Assembly: GCA_947501605.1 (NCBI GenBank)
Contig: CANMWZ010000007.1
Location: 61,921 to 125,920 of the forward strand
DNA: 64,000 nt
Source: Planctomycetota bacterium
Lineage (GTDB): Bacteria; Planctomycetota; UBA1135; UBA2386
Direction of reading: 5' to 3'
In this document: positions 29,342 to 39,247 of the stretch, piece by piece
Layout: the number at the start of each line of letters is the position of its first letter
Position numbering within the stretch: position 1 is the stretch's first letter
Notes under the pieces: generated by a model
Seen by the model: only the letters and a program-made list of their open reading frames with translations
Database searches by the model: none
What the model was told of the DNA's origin: nothing
Translations under genes and position numbers: made by a program

Positions 29342-32300
29342 ATGATGCCCTTGCTCCGCGCCCTCGTCCTATCGTTGCTCACCGCTGCGGTTGCAGGCCA
29401 GAGCGAACGACCACCCGAAGGATTTCAGCTCGCTGTCGGCATGCAGCAACGGGCGCTGCACGAGGAGGCGGCCGGCGCCTTCGAACAGTTCGTCAAGGCG
29501 AGCGGCTCGCACCCGCTCGCGGCCGAGGCGCGCTACCGCCTCGGTCAGTGCCGGCAGGAACTCCAGCAGGTGGACGCGGCGATCGCTGCCTTCGACGCCG
29601 CGTTGGCCGCGGGCGGCACCGGCTTTCGGTTGCGCGCCGAGTGCCGCTATCGCCTCGGCAACCTGCGCGAGCAGCAGCAGGACCATCGCGGTGCGCTGCA
29701 GCAGTTCGAGGCGCTCGCGACGGAGAGCGGCAGTGAACATTATCTCGCGTCGGCGGCGCACTTCGCCGCCGGGGAGGCCTGGCGCGAACTCGGCGATGAC
29801 GAGAAGGCGGCTCAGCAGTTCGCGGCGGCGGCCGAGTCCGCGACCGGGGAACGAGCGAACTACCAGTTCTCGTCCTTCTACCAGTTGGGGTTCGCGCGGG
29901 TCCGCTTGCAACAGTGGCCGGCAGCAGCGATCGCATTTGGTGAAGCGACCAAGTCGGCGCCCGACGATGCGGCCAAGGGTGAGTCCAACTTTCTGTGCGG
30001 CGATGCGATGCTGCGCGGGGGCGACCACGATGGCGCGACCAAGGCCTTCCAGAAGGCGCAGAAACTCGGTGGCGAGTTCGCCGATGACGCGGCGCACGGA
30101 CTTGGCTGGGTCGCAGTGGGTCGCAGGGATCGGGGCGCGGCCGCGCGCGCGTTCGGTGCGTTGCTCGAGCAGTTTCCCGACTCGCCCTTCGTGCCAACCT
30201 CACGTCTCGAACTGGCACGGGCGCTGTACCAGGACGGCAAGCACGCGCGCGCAACCGATCAACTCAACACTCTGCTCGCCAGCGAGTCGCCCGCGCCGAT
30301 TCGGCAGCAGGCCCAGGAGCTGCTCGGACTGTGTGCGCTCGCATCGGGTGATGGCGAGGCGGCGGTGGCGTCGCTGCAACAGGCGATCGCGACCGCAACC
30401 CCGGCAGAGAAAGCTCGGTTGTCCTTCGCTCTCGGCGAGTCGCTCGCCAACCTCTCGCGCTGGGACGAGGCCGTCGTGGCCTACGACGCGGTGCCTGCCG
30501 ACGCCCCTGTGGATCTCCGCGGTGACGCGGCCTACGGCGCCTGCTTTGCATTGCATGCAGCCGGTCGTCACCAAGACTCGATTGCGCGCGCCGAACGGGT
30601 GTTGGCGCAAACCCCGCCGCATCGACTCGCGACCGAGGCGCAGTTAGCGCTGGCCGAGAATCACTTTGCACTGAAGCAGTACGAGGCGGCGGAGTCCGCC
30701 TACGCGGCAATCCCCGATGCGAGCGGGCACGCACCCGTGATCGCATGGAAGCTCGCGTGGTGTCGCTACCTTCGTGGCGACAGGAAGGACGCAGTGGCTC
30801 GGTTCGCGGCGATCGCAGGAGACGCAAACTCGCCGCACGCCGAAGAGGCACTGTCGATGCAGGCGCTCGCCCAGTTCGAGGACGGCGACGGCGATGGGGC
30901 GCTGGCCACGGCCGACCGCTACCGCGCCCGACATCGCGCTGGCGCGTTCCTTGACCGCACCGAGCGGGTGGCGTCGCGGGTGCTGCAGAAGAAGGGGGAT
31001 CTTCCGGCTGCGCAGCAGCGACTCTTGCGTGCTGCGTCCGCGGCCAAGGCGCGCGGTAGCGATAGCGACGCCAGTGGCGACCAGATCGAACAGGCCGAAC
31101 TCGCCTACCAGCAGGGCGATTTCCGCGGCGCCGACCAGGCCTTTGCCGCGTTGCAGCAGCGCAGCGATGCCGCCGGCGCGCGGTCCTTGGCAGGTCGCGC
31201 CTGGTGCGCGTTCGAACTCGGCGACGATGCGGCCTGCAAGACGAGAATCGCGGCGGCCAAAGCGCATCCGGAGGCTCTGCAAGAACGGCCACAGTTGCTC
31301 GAACTCGAGTCCGCCTTGCACCATCGAGCGCAGGACTGGCCCTCAGCGATCGCGACGGCGACGGAGTTCTTGGCGACGTTCGCCGCGCACGAGAAGGCCG
31401 CCGGCATGAGCTACTCGCTCGGCGTCGCGCAGTCGCGCGCCGGCGACCACGGCGCCGCGCGGACGACCTTGTCCCAGCTCCTCTCGGCGGGTGGCGGTGC
31501 ACGCAAGGACCGCACGGCCTACGAACTCGCCTGGGCAGCGCGAAAGGCCGGGGACGAACCGGCCGCGCTTGCGGCGTTCGCGTTGTCGGCGGCGTCGTCG
31601 GACGTCGAGATCGCGGGTGAGTCCAAGCTGCATCTCGGCATGGCCGCACTCGACAAGCGCGACCTCGCCGCGGCGCGCTCGGTACTCGACGCGGTGCAGG
31701 GCAGCTATCGCGGTCGGGCGCTCTACCGGCTCGCATTTGCTGAGTTCGAGGCGGCAGGCGCGGCCAAGGAGCAGCTCGCGGCGGCTCGCGACCGGTTCGT
31801 CGCGGTTGCGGCGATCGAGGGCGAGGCGCTCGCAAGCGAGGCACGCTACATGACTGCGCAGTGCTGCCATCGCCTCGGCGACGATCGCGGTGCCGTCGCT
31901 GCGTGCCAGCAGTTGCTGCAGGCGGACAAGAAGCACGAACGCGCGGCTGCTGCGCGACTCCTGCTCGGCGAGTGCGCACTGTCGGTCGGGGATCACGCGC
32001 TGGTTGTCGAGGCCTTGGAGCCCTTCATTCGGGCCAAGGACCGCGATCGTGCCGATTTGGCGCGAGCCCATCTGTGGCTCGGCCGAGCACGCCTTCAGCG
32101 CAACGACTATGTGGCGGCCGAGGCCGCGCTCATCAAAGTCACCGAACTCAGCGATGGGCCTCTGGCTGCCGAAGCGCAGTTCCGGATCGGCGAAGGGCGC
32201 ATGCAGCAGAACGACCTCCGTGGAGCCGCCGACGCCTTCGTCAAGCTGCCGATCCTCTACGCCGACCCCAACTGGGTGCGGGCGGGCCTGCTGCAGGCTG

Positions 32301-32422
32301 GTCTCTGCTATGAGCGACTCGACCAAGGCGACAAGGCCCAGCGGTTCTTTCGCGAGTTGCTGGAGAAGCACGAGGGCAGCTCCGAAGCCAAGTCGGCGCG
32401 CGAGCACGTTCGCAACAACTGA
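29342..32422 (+). CDS. Secreted tetratricopeptide-repeat protein (CpoB/BamD-like repeats)
   Basis: Signal peptide and many TPR helices (AEARYRLG, EQFPDSPF, AEAQFRIGE). Confidence 0.88.
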   Translation: MMPLLRALVLSLLTAAVAGQSERPPEGFQLAVGMQQRALHEEAAGAFEQFVKASGSHPLAAEARYRLGQCRQELQQVDAAIAAFDAALAAGGTGFRLRAECRYRLGNLREQQQDHRGALQQFEALATESGSEHYLASAAHFAAGEAWRELGDDEKAAQQFAAAAESATGERANYQFSSFYQLGFARVRLQQWPAAAIAFGEATKSAPDDAAKGESNFLCGDAMLRGGDHDGATKAFQKAQKLGGEFADDAAHGLGWVAVGRRDRGAAARAFGALLEQFPDSPFVPTSRLELARALYQDGKHARATDQLNTLLASESPAPIRQQAQELLGLCALASGDGEAAVASLQQAIATATPAEKARLSFALGESLANLSRWDEAVVAYDAVPADAPVDLRGDAAYGACFALHAAGRHQDSIARAERVLAQTPPHRLATEAQLALAENHFALKQYEAAESAYAAIPDASGHAPVIAWKLAWCRYLRGDRKDAVARFAAIAGDANSPHAEEALSMQALAQFEDGDGDGALATADRYRARHRAGAFLDRTERVASRVLQKKGDLPAAQQRLLRAASAAKARGSDSDASGDQIEQAELAYQQGDFRGADQAFAALQQRSDAAGARSLAGRAWCAFELGDDAACKTRIAAAKAHPEALQERPQLLELESALHHRAQDWPSAIATATEFLATFAAHEKAAGMSYSLGVAQSRAGDHGAARTTLSQLLSAGGGARKDRTAYELAWAARKAGDEPAALAAFALSAASSDVEIAGESKLHLGMAALDKRDLAAARSVLDAVQGSYRGRALYRLAFAEFEAAGAAKEQLAAARDRFVAVAAIEGEALASEARYMTAQCCHRLGDDRGAVAACQQLLQADKKHERAAAARLLLGECALSVGDHALVVEALEPFIRAKDRDRADLARAHLWLGRARLQRNDYVAAEAALIKVTELSDGPLAAEAQFRIGEGRMQQNDLRGAADAFVKLPILYADPNWVRAGLLQAGLCYERLDQGDKAQRFFRELLEKHEGSSEAKSAREHVRNN

Positions 32423-32452
32423 ATCACCGTCCTGCAACCACGACCGAAGCCA

Positions 32453-33142
32453 ATGACGACCCTTTCGTTCCAGGAGCCGAGCGTTGCGACGCTGGGCGAG
32501 TTCTTCACCGCAGGCGGTGCCCTGATGTGGCCGATCTTCGGCTGCTCGGTGGTCGTGGCCGGGCTCGCGATCGAACGCTACGTCAGTCTGCGTCGTTCGC
32601 GGGTGCTGCCGACAGCAGTAGAAGCAACCGTGGCGCTGGTCGTCGGCGAACAAAGCGCTGCTGCGGCGGACGAACTCGCAAACGCAGCTTCGCCAGGCAT
32701 GCGCGTGCTGGCCGCCGGGGTGCGTCGCCGCGGCTTTGCCCTCGCCGACGTCGAGAAGGCCATGGAAGACACGTTGGCGCAGGAGTCAGCGCGCATGCGT
32801 GGCAACGTTCGTGGGATCGTGCTGATGGCATCCGTGTCGCCGCTGCTGGGTCTTCTGGGCACGGTGTTGGGTATCGCCGACGCCTTCGCTGCCGTGGAGC
32901 AAACGGGGCTCGGCAAGGCCGAGAGCAGCGAGGCGCTTGCTGCTGGCATCAAGGTCGCGCTCTACACGACGATCTTCGGCCTGTTCGTCGCCATCCCAGC
33001 GACGCTGGTTGCCGCACACCTGCAGGCGCGCGCTCGACGCCTCGCTGCGGCAATCGCGAGTGCCGTGTCGCCGGCCATCGAAGCACTCGCAAGGCGTCCG
33101 GCGGATCCACAGAATCCCCAGAAGGACACCCATGCGGCATGA
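32453..33142 (+). CDS. exbB: MotA/TolQ/ExbB proton channel protein
   Basis: GG.LMWPI, SPLLGLLGTV.G and ALYTT.FGL.VAIP motifs. Confidence 0.92.
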   Translation: MTTLSFQEPSVATLGEFFTAGGALMWPIFGCSVVVAGLAIERYVSLRRSRVLPTAVEATVALVVGEQSAAAADELANAASPGMRVLAAGVRRRGFALADVEKAMEDTLAQESARMRGNVRGIVLMASVSPLLGLLGTVLGIADAFAAVEQTGLGKAESSEALAAGIKVALYTTIFGLFVAIPATLVAAHLQARARRLAAAIASAVSPAIEALARRPADPQNPQKDTHAA

Positions 33143-33548
33143 CTTTGGCGACGACGACGAAGTCGGCGGCATCGACCTCACGCCGATGTTGGACGTCGTC
33201 TTCTTGCTGTTGATCTTCTTCCTCGCTGCGACCACGTTCGCGCGCGAGGAGGTCGAGCTCGATCTGCGCTTGCCACCGGCCAAGACGGGGCAGACTGGCA
33301 AGGGGGACACGCAAGTCGTCATCAACCTGATGGCTGACGGTCGCATCCAAATCGACGGCCGCGAGGTCACGCTCGAGGCGCTGCGGCAGAAGCTGACCGC
33401 AGCCGCCGCGCGCAACCCGGAGCAGTCCGTATTGGTGCGCGGCGACCAAAAGGCACAGTTCGGCATCGGCATCGAGGTCCTCGATGCCTGCCGCCTCGCC
33501 AAGCTCAAGAAGCTCGATTTCGGCGCCGTACCCGTGAAGGGGAACTGA
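33132..33548 (+). CDS. exbD: ExbD/TolR biopolymer transport protein
   Basis: IDLTPMLDVVFLLLIFF with the essential Asp, and VLVRGD. AAGGA RBS. Confidence 0.93.
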   Translation: MRHDFGDDDEVGGIDLTPMLDVVFLLLIFFLAATTFAREEVELDLRLPPAKTGQTGKGDTQVVINLMADGRIQIDGREVTLEALRQKLTAAAARNPEQSVLVRGDQKAQFGIGIEVLDACRLAKLKKLDFGAVPVKGN

Positions 33549-33554
33549 CCGGCG

Positions 33555-36500
33555 ATGGCGAAGATGACGGGAGCACTGAGCGAGGGCACGCGGCGCATCG
33601 CGATGCGGCTGTCGTGGGGCGCACTGCTGATTGCCGCCTCGTTGCTCGTCGGTCTGCGCATTGGCCGCCCGGCGTACTACACCGACGGCGCCCGCGAGCT
33701 GCCAGCAGCCGAGTTGTCGGCAGCCGGCATGCTGCAGTGGCGCACGCCGATGCCGCTGGCCGAACTTCCAGGCCCGGTCACTGGCCGCATCGCTCTCCTT
33801 GTCGATGGCCGCGTGCTCTACGCCAGGCTCGGCGCCGATGGCACCTCCGACCTCGTGACCTGGGACCCGGCGCGACCGACGGTGCCGCCAGAGCCAGTGC
33901 ATGCGCTCAACACCGAGGGCGACGAACTGTCGCCGGCGATCGATGCCGAGGGTCGCGTGTGGTTTGCGTCCGATCGCGAGGGCGGCAGCGGTGGCCATGA
34001 CCTCTACGTCGCGCCGCGATTGCTGGCAGCTGCTGCCGAAGTCGAGCGCGTGGCGGAATGTTCGAGCCCACTCGACGAGTGCGATCCAGCGCCATCTCCG
34101 GACGGTAGCGAGGTGGTGTTCGTGCGCAGCAGTCGCGAGCCGGGCGTGGGCGACCATGGGACGCTGTGGCGCTGCGCTCTGGATGGTGCGAGCCAACCGC
34201 GCCGCGTGTTCGACGTCGATCTGTCGAAGGCGACTTCCCCGCGTCCGGTCGATCGCGATCCGAGCTTTGCCAAGGACGGTGCGGCGCTGTGGTTTGTCCG
34301 CGCGATCGCTGGTCGCCTCACGATCGTTCGCAGCAGTCGGCTCGAGGGCACGTTCGCCGAGCCGCTGGCCATTGACGGCGATTGGAGTACGCCGCCGCTC
34401 TGCTCGCCCGTGCCGAGCTCCGACGGCCGCACGCTCTACCTCTGCGCCCCGCCGACGGGCGACGTTCAGGCTTCGCTGTGGTACGCGGCGAACGCGCACG
34501 AGGTCTATCCGTGGTGGCCCGGCCAGCGATGGCTCGAGTTGGTGCTGCTTGGCGTCGTCATCGGCAGCTTGCTGTTCTTGGTGCTACTGCACTATGGCCG
34601 TCGCTTCACTGCGCTCGATCTCGTGGCGCAGTGCTTGCTGCTGTCCTTGTTGTTGCACGTGCTGCTGTACCTGTTGCTGAAGGGCGTCGAGATTGCGCAA
34701 GAACTGCCGCTGAGCGACGAGGACGGCACTGGGTTCGAGGTCACGCTCGTCAGTGCGACGGAGGCCGCCGGCACAGCGGACGCCGGCGCCGGGAGTGGTA
34801 TCGCTGCCGAAGTGCGCTTTGCGCCGACGGAGCGCTCGCTCGGAGCGGATGCCCCAATGGCCGCGCTGGTGCGCGCCGACAGCGACGCGCTCGATGCGAC
34901 CAACGGCGAATGGACTCGCGAGCTCGAGGCGACCGCAACGGCACCGGTGGCGCAGTTGGTGGACGCGCCAGTGCAGATGGCTGTGCGCGCTGGCAGCGAT
35001 GCAGTTCTTGCGCTCGAAAGCGCGACGGTGGCGACGGCAGAACGTGCCCAACTCGCCGCCGCGGCGGCTACCACCGCTTCGCGCCCCTCAGCGGCGTCCG
35101 CGTCGCTGGCGATTGCGACTCCTGGCAGTGGTCTAGTCCGCGCCGAGCGCGGGCCGGTCGATCCCGCTCTCGTGGAGGGTTCGCTGCCTTCTCCGAGCGT
35201 TGCGGCCAAGGCTGTACCGATTGTTACCGGGCCGGCGCTGCGCGATGCGGCATCGCTCCCATCGCTCTCGGCGCCAGCCGCCGTTGCCGACGCTCCGACG
35301 GCGGCGCCGTTGCCGGTCCATGCCGGCGCGCCGGTGGTCGTCGCCACGCCATCGGCAAGCGTGGTTGCGCGCGCGGCCGATCGAGGGCCGGTGCTGCACC
35401 GACCTTCCGCCGCGCCCGCGCCATCGTCGGCCCTGGTCCGGGCGAAGCCGTCGGCCCTGGCGAATGCGGCGGCATTGCCGGCGACTCCGTCGACTGCGAT
35501 GCCGCCCAGTCTGCACGCGGCGCCGGTCCCCGATCTCGCGCGCCGCGACGCGCCGATCGCAACGCCACGCGCCGCGGCGCCGACGGCGAGCGCCAACGCG
35601 TCTGCCGCAGCACCGTCGCCGCGGCTCGCCGCGATCGCGATGGACGGTCCGCGGGAACTGCCGATCGCGCGCCCGCTGCGCGATGCCGCCGACTCCCCGC
35701 GTGGCGAGCAGGGGATCAAAGTCGTTCCGCCGCCGTCGCAGCTGGTGCGCAGCCAACCGGTCGAAACGGCAATGCCCGCGGCTTTGCCGGTCGCCAAAGC
35801 CACTGCCTATAGCAATCGTTTCGGTCCCGCAAAGGCCAAGGCGCTGGAGCAGTTCGGGGGCACCGACGAGACCGAGCACGCAGTCCGACAGGGGCTGCGC
35901 TATCTCGCCAGCATCCAGAACGTCGATGGTTCGTGGGGTAGCGGCGAGCGCTTCGACGACAAGTATGGGCTCGTCTACGTCGGCAAGACGGCGCTCTGTG
36001 TTCTCGCCTTCCTGGGCGCTGGTCACTCCCCGAAGTCAAACACCGAGCACAGCGATGTGGTGCGCCGTGCCGTCGACCACTTGCTCGAACTCCAGGACGA
36101 GGAGACGGGCGCGTTTGGTGTGAGCAGTTGCTACGGCCACGGAATCAGCAGCTACGCACTTGCCGAGTGCTACGGCATGACGAAGGACGAAGCGCTGCTG
36201 CCGCCACTAGAGCGCGCGCTGACCTGGATCCTCGACCACCAGGGCCCGCGCCGCGACAAGCGCAACCGCGGCGGGTGGGGCTACTTCTCGCCCGGACTCC
36301 GTGCCGAGGACGACTTTGCTCGCGTCTCGGTCTCCGCCTGGATGATCATGGCGCTGGAGTCGGCGCGGCTCTCGGGTGTCGAACTCCCCGAGGATGTGCT
36401 GCCAAAGGCCAAGGAGTATCTCGAGCTGTCGTACGACCAGCCGAATGGTTGGTTTCGCTACTCGCACGAACCGAGCCGCGTCCGTTCCTCCTGGCCCACG

Positions 36501-36911
36501 CTGCCCGCAAGCACTCCAGCGGCGGCGTTCTGTCTGCAGTTGCTCGGTGTCGCCCGCGACGACAGCAAGGTGGACGCTGCGGTGTCGTTCACGGTCGAAC
36601 GCCGCCCGCAGGAGTACCGGCGCTACGACGACGAGCAGTTCGTGAAGCGCGGACAAGGCAACGTCTACTTCTGGTACTACGGCACGCTGTGCTGCTTCTT
36701 GCGCGGTGGCGACGAATGGGCGAGTTGGAACGAACGGTTGCGGACCGTGCTGCCTGCGGCCCAAGCCAAAGACGGCTCCTTCCCACCGATCGACGTCTAT
36801 GCGCAGGAGGCGGGCGACACCAGGAAGGACCGCAGCTACACGACAGCGATGTGCGTGCTCAGCCTCGAGATCTACTACCGCTACTTCACGCCGCTCCTGA
36901 CCGGGCGTTGA
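33555..36911 (+). CDS. Membrane protein: PD40/TolB-like propeller + TonB/TolA-like helix + Ala/Pro linker + prenyltransferase/squalene-cyclase-like barrel
   Basis: PD40 motifs (SPAID..G, FASDREGG.GG.DLY, PSPDG, PSFAKDG); TM with SLLLH; long Ala/Pro region; QW-type repeats (LASIQNVDGSW, GGWGY, QAKDGSF). Confidence 0.82.
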   Translation: MAKMTGALSEGTRRIAMRLSWGALLIAASLLVGLRIGRPAYYTDGARELPAAELSAAGMLQWRTPMPLAELPGPVTGRIALLVDGRVLYARLGADGTSDLVTWDPARPTVPPEPVHALNTEGDELSPAIDAEGRVWFASDREGGSGGHDLYVAPRLLAAAAEVERVAECSSPLDECDPAPSPDGSEVVFVRSSREPGVGDHGTLWRCALDGASQPRRVFDVDLSKATSPRPVDRDPSFAKDGAALWFVRAIAGRLTIVRSSRLEGTFAEPLAIDGDWSTPPLCSPVPSSDGRTLYLCAPPTGDVQASLWYAANAHEVYPWWPGQRWLELVLLGVVIGSLLFLVLLHYGRRFTALDLVAQCLLLSLLLHVLLYLLLKGVEIAQELPLSDEDGTGFEVTLVSATEAAGTADAGAGSGIAAEVRFAPTERSLGADAPMAALVRADSDALDATNGEWTRELEATATAPVAQLVDAPVQMAVRAGSDAVLALESATVATAERAQLAAAAATTASRPSAASASLAIATPGSGLVRAERGPVDPALVEGSLPSPSVAAKAVPIVTGPALRDAASLPSLSAPAAVADAPTAAPLPVHAGAPVVVATPSASVVARAADRGPVLHRPSAAPAPSSALVRAKPSALANAAALPATPSTAMPPSLHAAPVPDLARRDAPIATPRAAAPTASANASAAAPSPRLAAIAMDGPRELPIARPLRDAADSPRGEQGIKVVPPPSQLVRSQPVETAMPAALPVAKATAYSNRFGPAKAKALEQFGGTDETEHAVRQGLRYLASIQNVDGSWGSGERFDDKYGLVYVGKTALCVLAFLGAGHSPKSNTEHSDVVRRAVDHLLELQDEETGAFGVSSCYGHGISSYALAECYGMTKDEALLPPLERALTWILDHQGPRRDKRNRGGWGYFSPGLRAEDDFARVSVSAWMIMALESARLSGVELPEDVLPKAKEYLELSYDQPNGWFRYSHEPSRVRSSWPTLPASTPAAAFCLQLLGVARDDSKVDAAVSFTVERRPQEYRRYDDEQFVKRGQGNVYFWYYGTLCCFLRGGDEWASWNERLRTVLPAAQAKDGSFPPIDVYAQEAGDTRKDRSYTTAMCVLSLEIYYRYFTPLLTGR

Positions 36912-37050
36912 CGCGAGCTTGGTGATGCGGCGGCGGGTTGGCGCCGCCTCCAGCGAGCGACGGCGCCGGCCGCAGCTGCCGGCCCTTGCGGCAACCGCTG
37001 CTCCGGTCGCGCGACAGGATTTGCCGGGGATGGTCTACAGCGCGCGCTTC

Positions 37051-38439
37051 ATGCATCGCCCCTGCCGCTCTCTGGCGTTCCTTCTCGTCCTCGCCGCGCC
37101 ACTCTTCGCCCAGGCTTCGGCTTCGGGTCCGTCGGCTTTGAGGGCCTCGGCCTTGGGGGATTTGGCCGAACGGGTCGATGCCGCGGTGCACAAGCACCTG
37201 CACAAGCCAACGGCCGTCGGGCTCTCGGTCGGCGTCGCCTTCGGCGCGGACCTGATCGAGAAGGGCTATGGCCTCGCTGATGCAGAGTTCGAGGTCCCCG
37301 CCGATGGCGCCACGGCGTTTCGCATCGGCTCGATCACCAAGCAGTTCACGGCAGCCTTGGTGATGAAGTGCGTCGAGCAGGGCCGCGTGGCACTCGAGGA
37401 CCCGCTGGCCAAGTTTGTGCCGAGCTTCGCGACCAACGGCAAGACGGTCACCGTGCGCCAGTTGCTCGACCACACCTCGGGCATCAAGAGCTACACCGAC
37501 GTCGGTGCAAAGTGGGAGAAGGTGCAACCCCTCGAACTCACGCACGATGAGCTGCTGGCTCTGGTCGCCGACGAGCCCTTCGACTTCGAGCCGGGCTCGG
37601 ACTGGCGCTACAACAACACCGGCTACTACCTGCTCGGCATGCTCTTGGAGAACGTCTCGGGCAAGACCTACGCGCAGCTCCTTCTCGATGAGATCGCGAC
37701 CCCGCTCGGGCTCACGCGCACGCGCTATGACAGCAGCCGCGAGGTGATCAAGAATCGGGCGCAGGGCTACCAGTTCGAAGGTCGTTCGCTGCGCAATGAT
37801 GGCGCCTTGGGCATGAGCCAACCGTTTGCTGCCGGGGCTCTGCTCTCGAGCGGCGGTGACCTGGTGCGATGGTCGCGGGCACTCAGCAGCGGCAAGGTCG
37901 TGACGGCTGCGTCCTATGCCAGGATGACGACGCCGACCGTGCTGCCGAGCGGGCGCGATACCCACTACGCGTTCGGTCTGGTGCGCGATGAGTTCGCCGG
38001 CAAGGTCCGCATCCAGCACGGCGGCGGCATCCACGGGTTCAACTCGTTCCTCTTGTGCATCGAGGAGTTGGGGCTGCACGTCGCGGTGGTCAGCAACAGC
38101 GAGCAACTGAGCGCGATGCGCGTCGCGGAGGACATCGCCTACGCCGTCGCCGGGCTCGAGCCACCGAAGGCTGCGGACAAGCCGACGACCAAAGAACTGC
38201 GTCAGAAGCTCGTTGGCGACTACGAGATTGCCGACCTCGACCTTGCTCTCGTCGTGTCCGAGGAGGACGAGAAGCTCATGGTGCAGGCCAAAGGGCAGTC
38301 GGCGTTCCCAATTCTGTGGCAGGGCGAGTTCGAGTTCCGCGCCGGGTTTGACCCAAGCGTCAAGCTGGTCTGGAAGGACGACGGCACCTCGTTCGATCTG
38401 CATCAAGGCGGCGGCGTGTTCGAAGCGAAGCGCAAGTAG
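37051..38439 (+). CDS. Serine hydrolase, beta-lactamase/AmpC-like family (secreted)
   Basis: F.IGSITK (SxxK), LLDHTSG, YNNTGY (YxN) and HGG motifs; signal peptide. Confidence 0.92.
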   Translation: MHRPCRSLAFLLVLAAPLFAQASASGPSALRASALGDLAERVDAAVHKHLHKPTAVGLSVGVAFGADLIEKGYGLADAEFEVPADGATAFRIGSITKQFTAALVMKCVEQGRVALEDPLAKFVPSFATNGKTVTVRQLLDHTSGIKSYTDVGAKWEKVQPLELTHDELLALVADEPFDFEPGSDWRYNNTGYYLLGMLLENVSGKTYAQLLLDEIATPLGLTRTRYDSSREVIKNRAQGYQFEGRSLRNDGALGMSQPFAAGALLSSGGDLVRWSRALSSGKVVTAASYARMTTPTVLPSGRDTHYAFGLVRDEFAGKVRIQHGGGIHGFNSFLLCIEELGLHVAVVSNSEQLSAMRVAEDIAYAVAGLEPPKAADKPTTKELRQKLVGDYEIADLDLALVVSEEDEKLMVQAKGQSAFPILWQGEFEFRAGFDPSVKLVWKDDGTSFDLHQGGGVFEAKRK

Positions 38440-38763
38440 AGCGCTCCGTCACGGTTCGCCTCGGGGGGGCGTGGTCTTGGCTCTGGGGCGCGATGTCCTT
38501 CTAGCGTTCTGTTGTAGAGCGCATCCTGCCTGCTTGCGCGGTAGCGGGTCCGATCTCTGCGTTGCACGAACTGCGGCGAATCTGCAGATTCGACGCCGTT
38601 CGCGCGCCTTGATCGGAAACCAGCTCCCGAGCCCTCGGCGACGGAGCCGTATCCCAGAGATGCCACTCGACCCGCAACATGGGGAGGTCTTGTTGGCTCT
38701 GGCCGCCGCCTCGCCGCCGCAGGCGACTCGGATCGTCACCTGCGCCCGCCCACGTCGTCGTCG

Positions 38764-39132
38764 TCACACCGCGAGGTAGCTCCGCACGATCGCACTCGCG
38801 CGCTCCATCGTCACCGTCCCACCCTCGGTCCGCAGATCTTCCGCCGTGCGGACGAACACCGCCGTCGCCGCTGCAAGGAGATCCGGCATGCGCGTCTGCG
38901 CGAAGGCGCGGACGTGTTCGACATCGTCCGTTGTCGCCGCGGCCTCGTCCTGCGGGTTTGACTGCGCGATGATGCAGACCTCGACGAACCGCTGCGACAA
39001 CCACTCGCGATCCCGGATGCGCTGCGGCTCGGCCATCATCCACGCACATACGCCGCCTATCACTTTGCGATCGATCGCATCGAGTGGAGCGAGCAAGGCG
39101 CGGACTTGATCTCCGGTGGGCGGGCGCGACAT
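38764..39132 (-). CDS. Hypothetical helical protein
   Basis: 122-aa ORF with natural composition and GC3 bias. No recognised motif. Confidence 0.6.
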   Translation of the reverse strand: MSRPPTGDQVRALLAPLDAIDRKVIGGVCAWMMAEPQRIRDREWLSQRFVEVCIIAQSNPQDEAAATTDDVEHVRAFAQTRMPDLLAAATAVFVRTAEDLRTEGGTVTMERASAIVRSYLAV

Positions 39133-39247
39133 CGGCGAGATTGTGCCACGACAGCCTCGCCGGGGCCCGGGGCTAGCATTCTGCAGATGCGTCGCCAGCC
39201 ATGGATCTCGTTCCCGCCCCTACTCACCTCGCTGTTGGCGCAAGGAT

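Noticed and set aside
35880..36911. Squalene-hopene cyclase / terpene biosynthesis gene
   Set aside because: Only a single QW-repeat barrel without a DxDD motif, fused to membrane and linker regions, and no isoprenoid genes nearby.
37051..38439. Antibiotic-resistance beta-lactamase call
   Set aside because: The motifs support only the broad serine hydrolase/AmpC-like family, and there is no mobile context.
38440..38763. Short ORFs in the gap between the serine hydrolase and the hypothetical gene
   Set aside because: No RBS, motif or coding-like composition; treated as intergenic.
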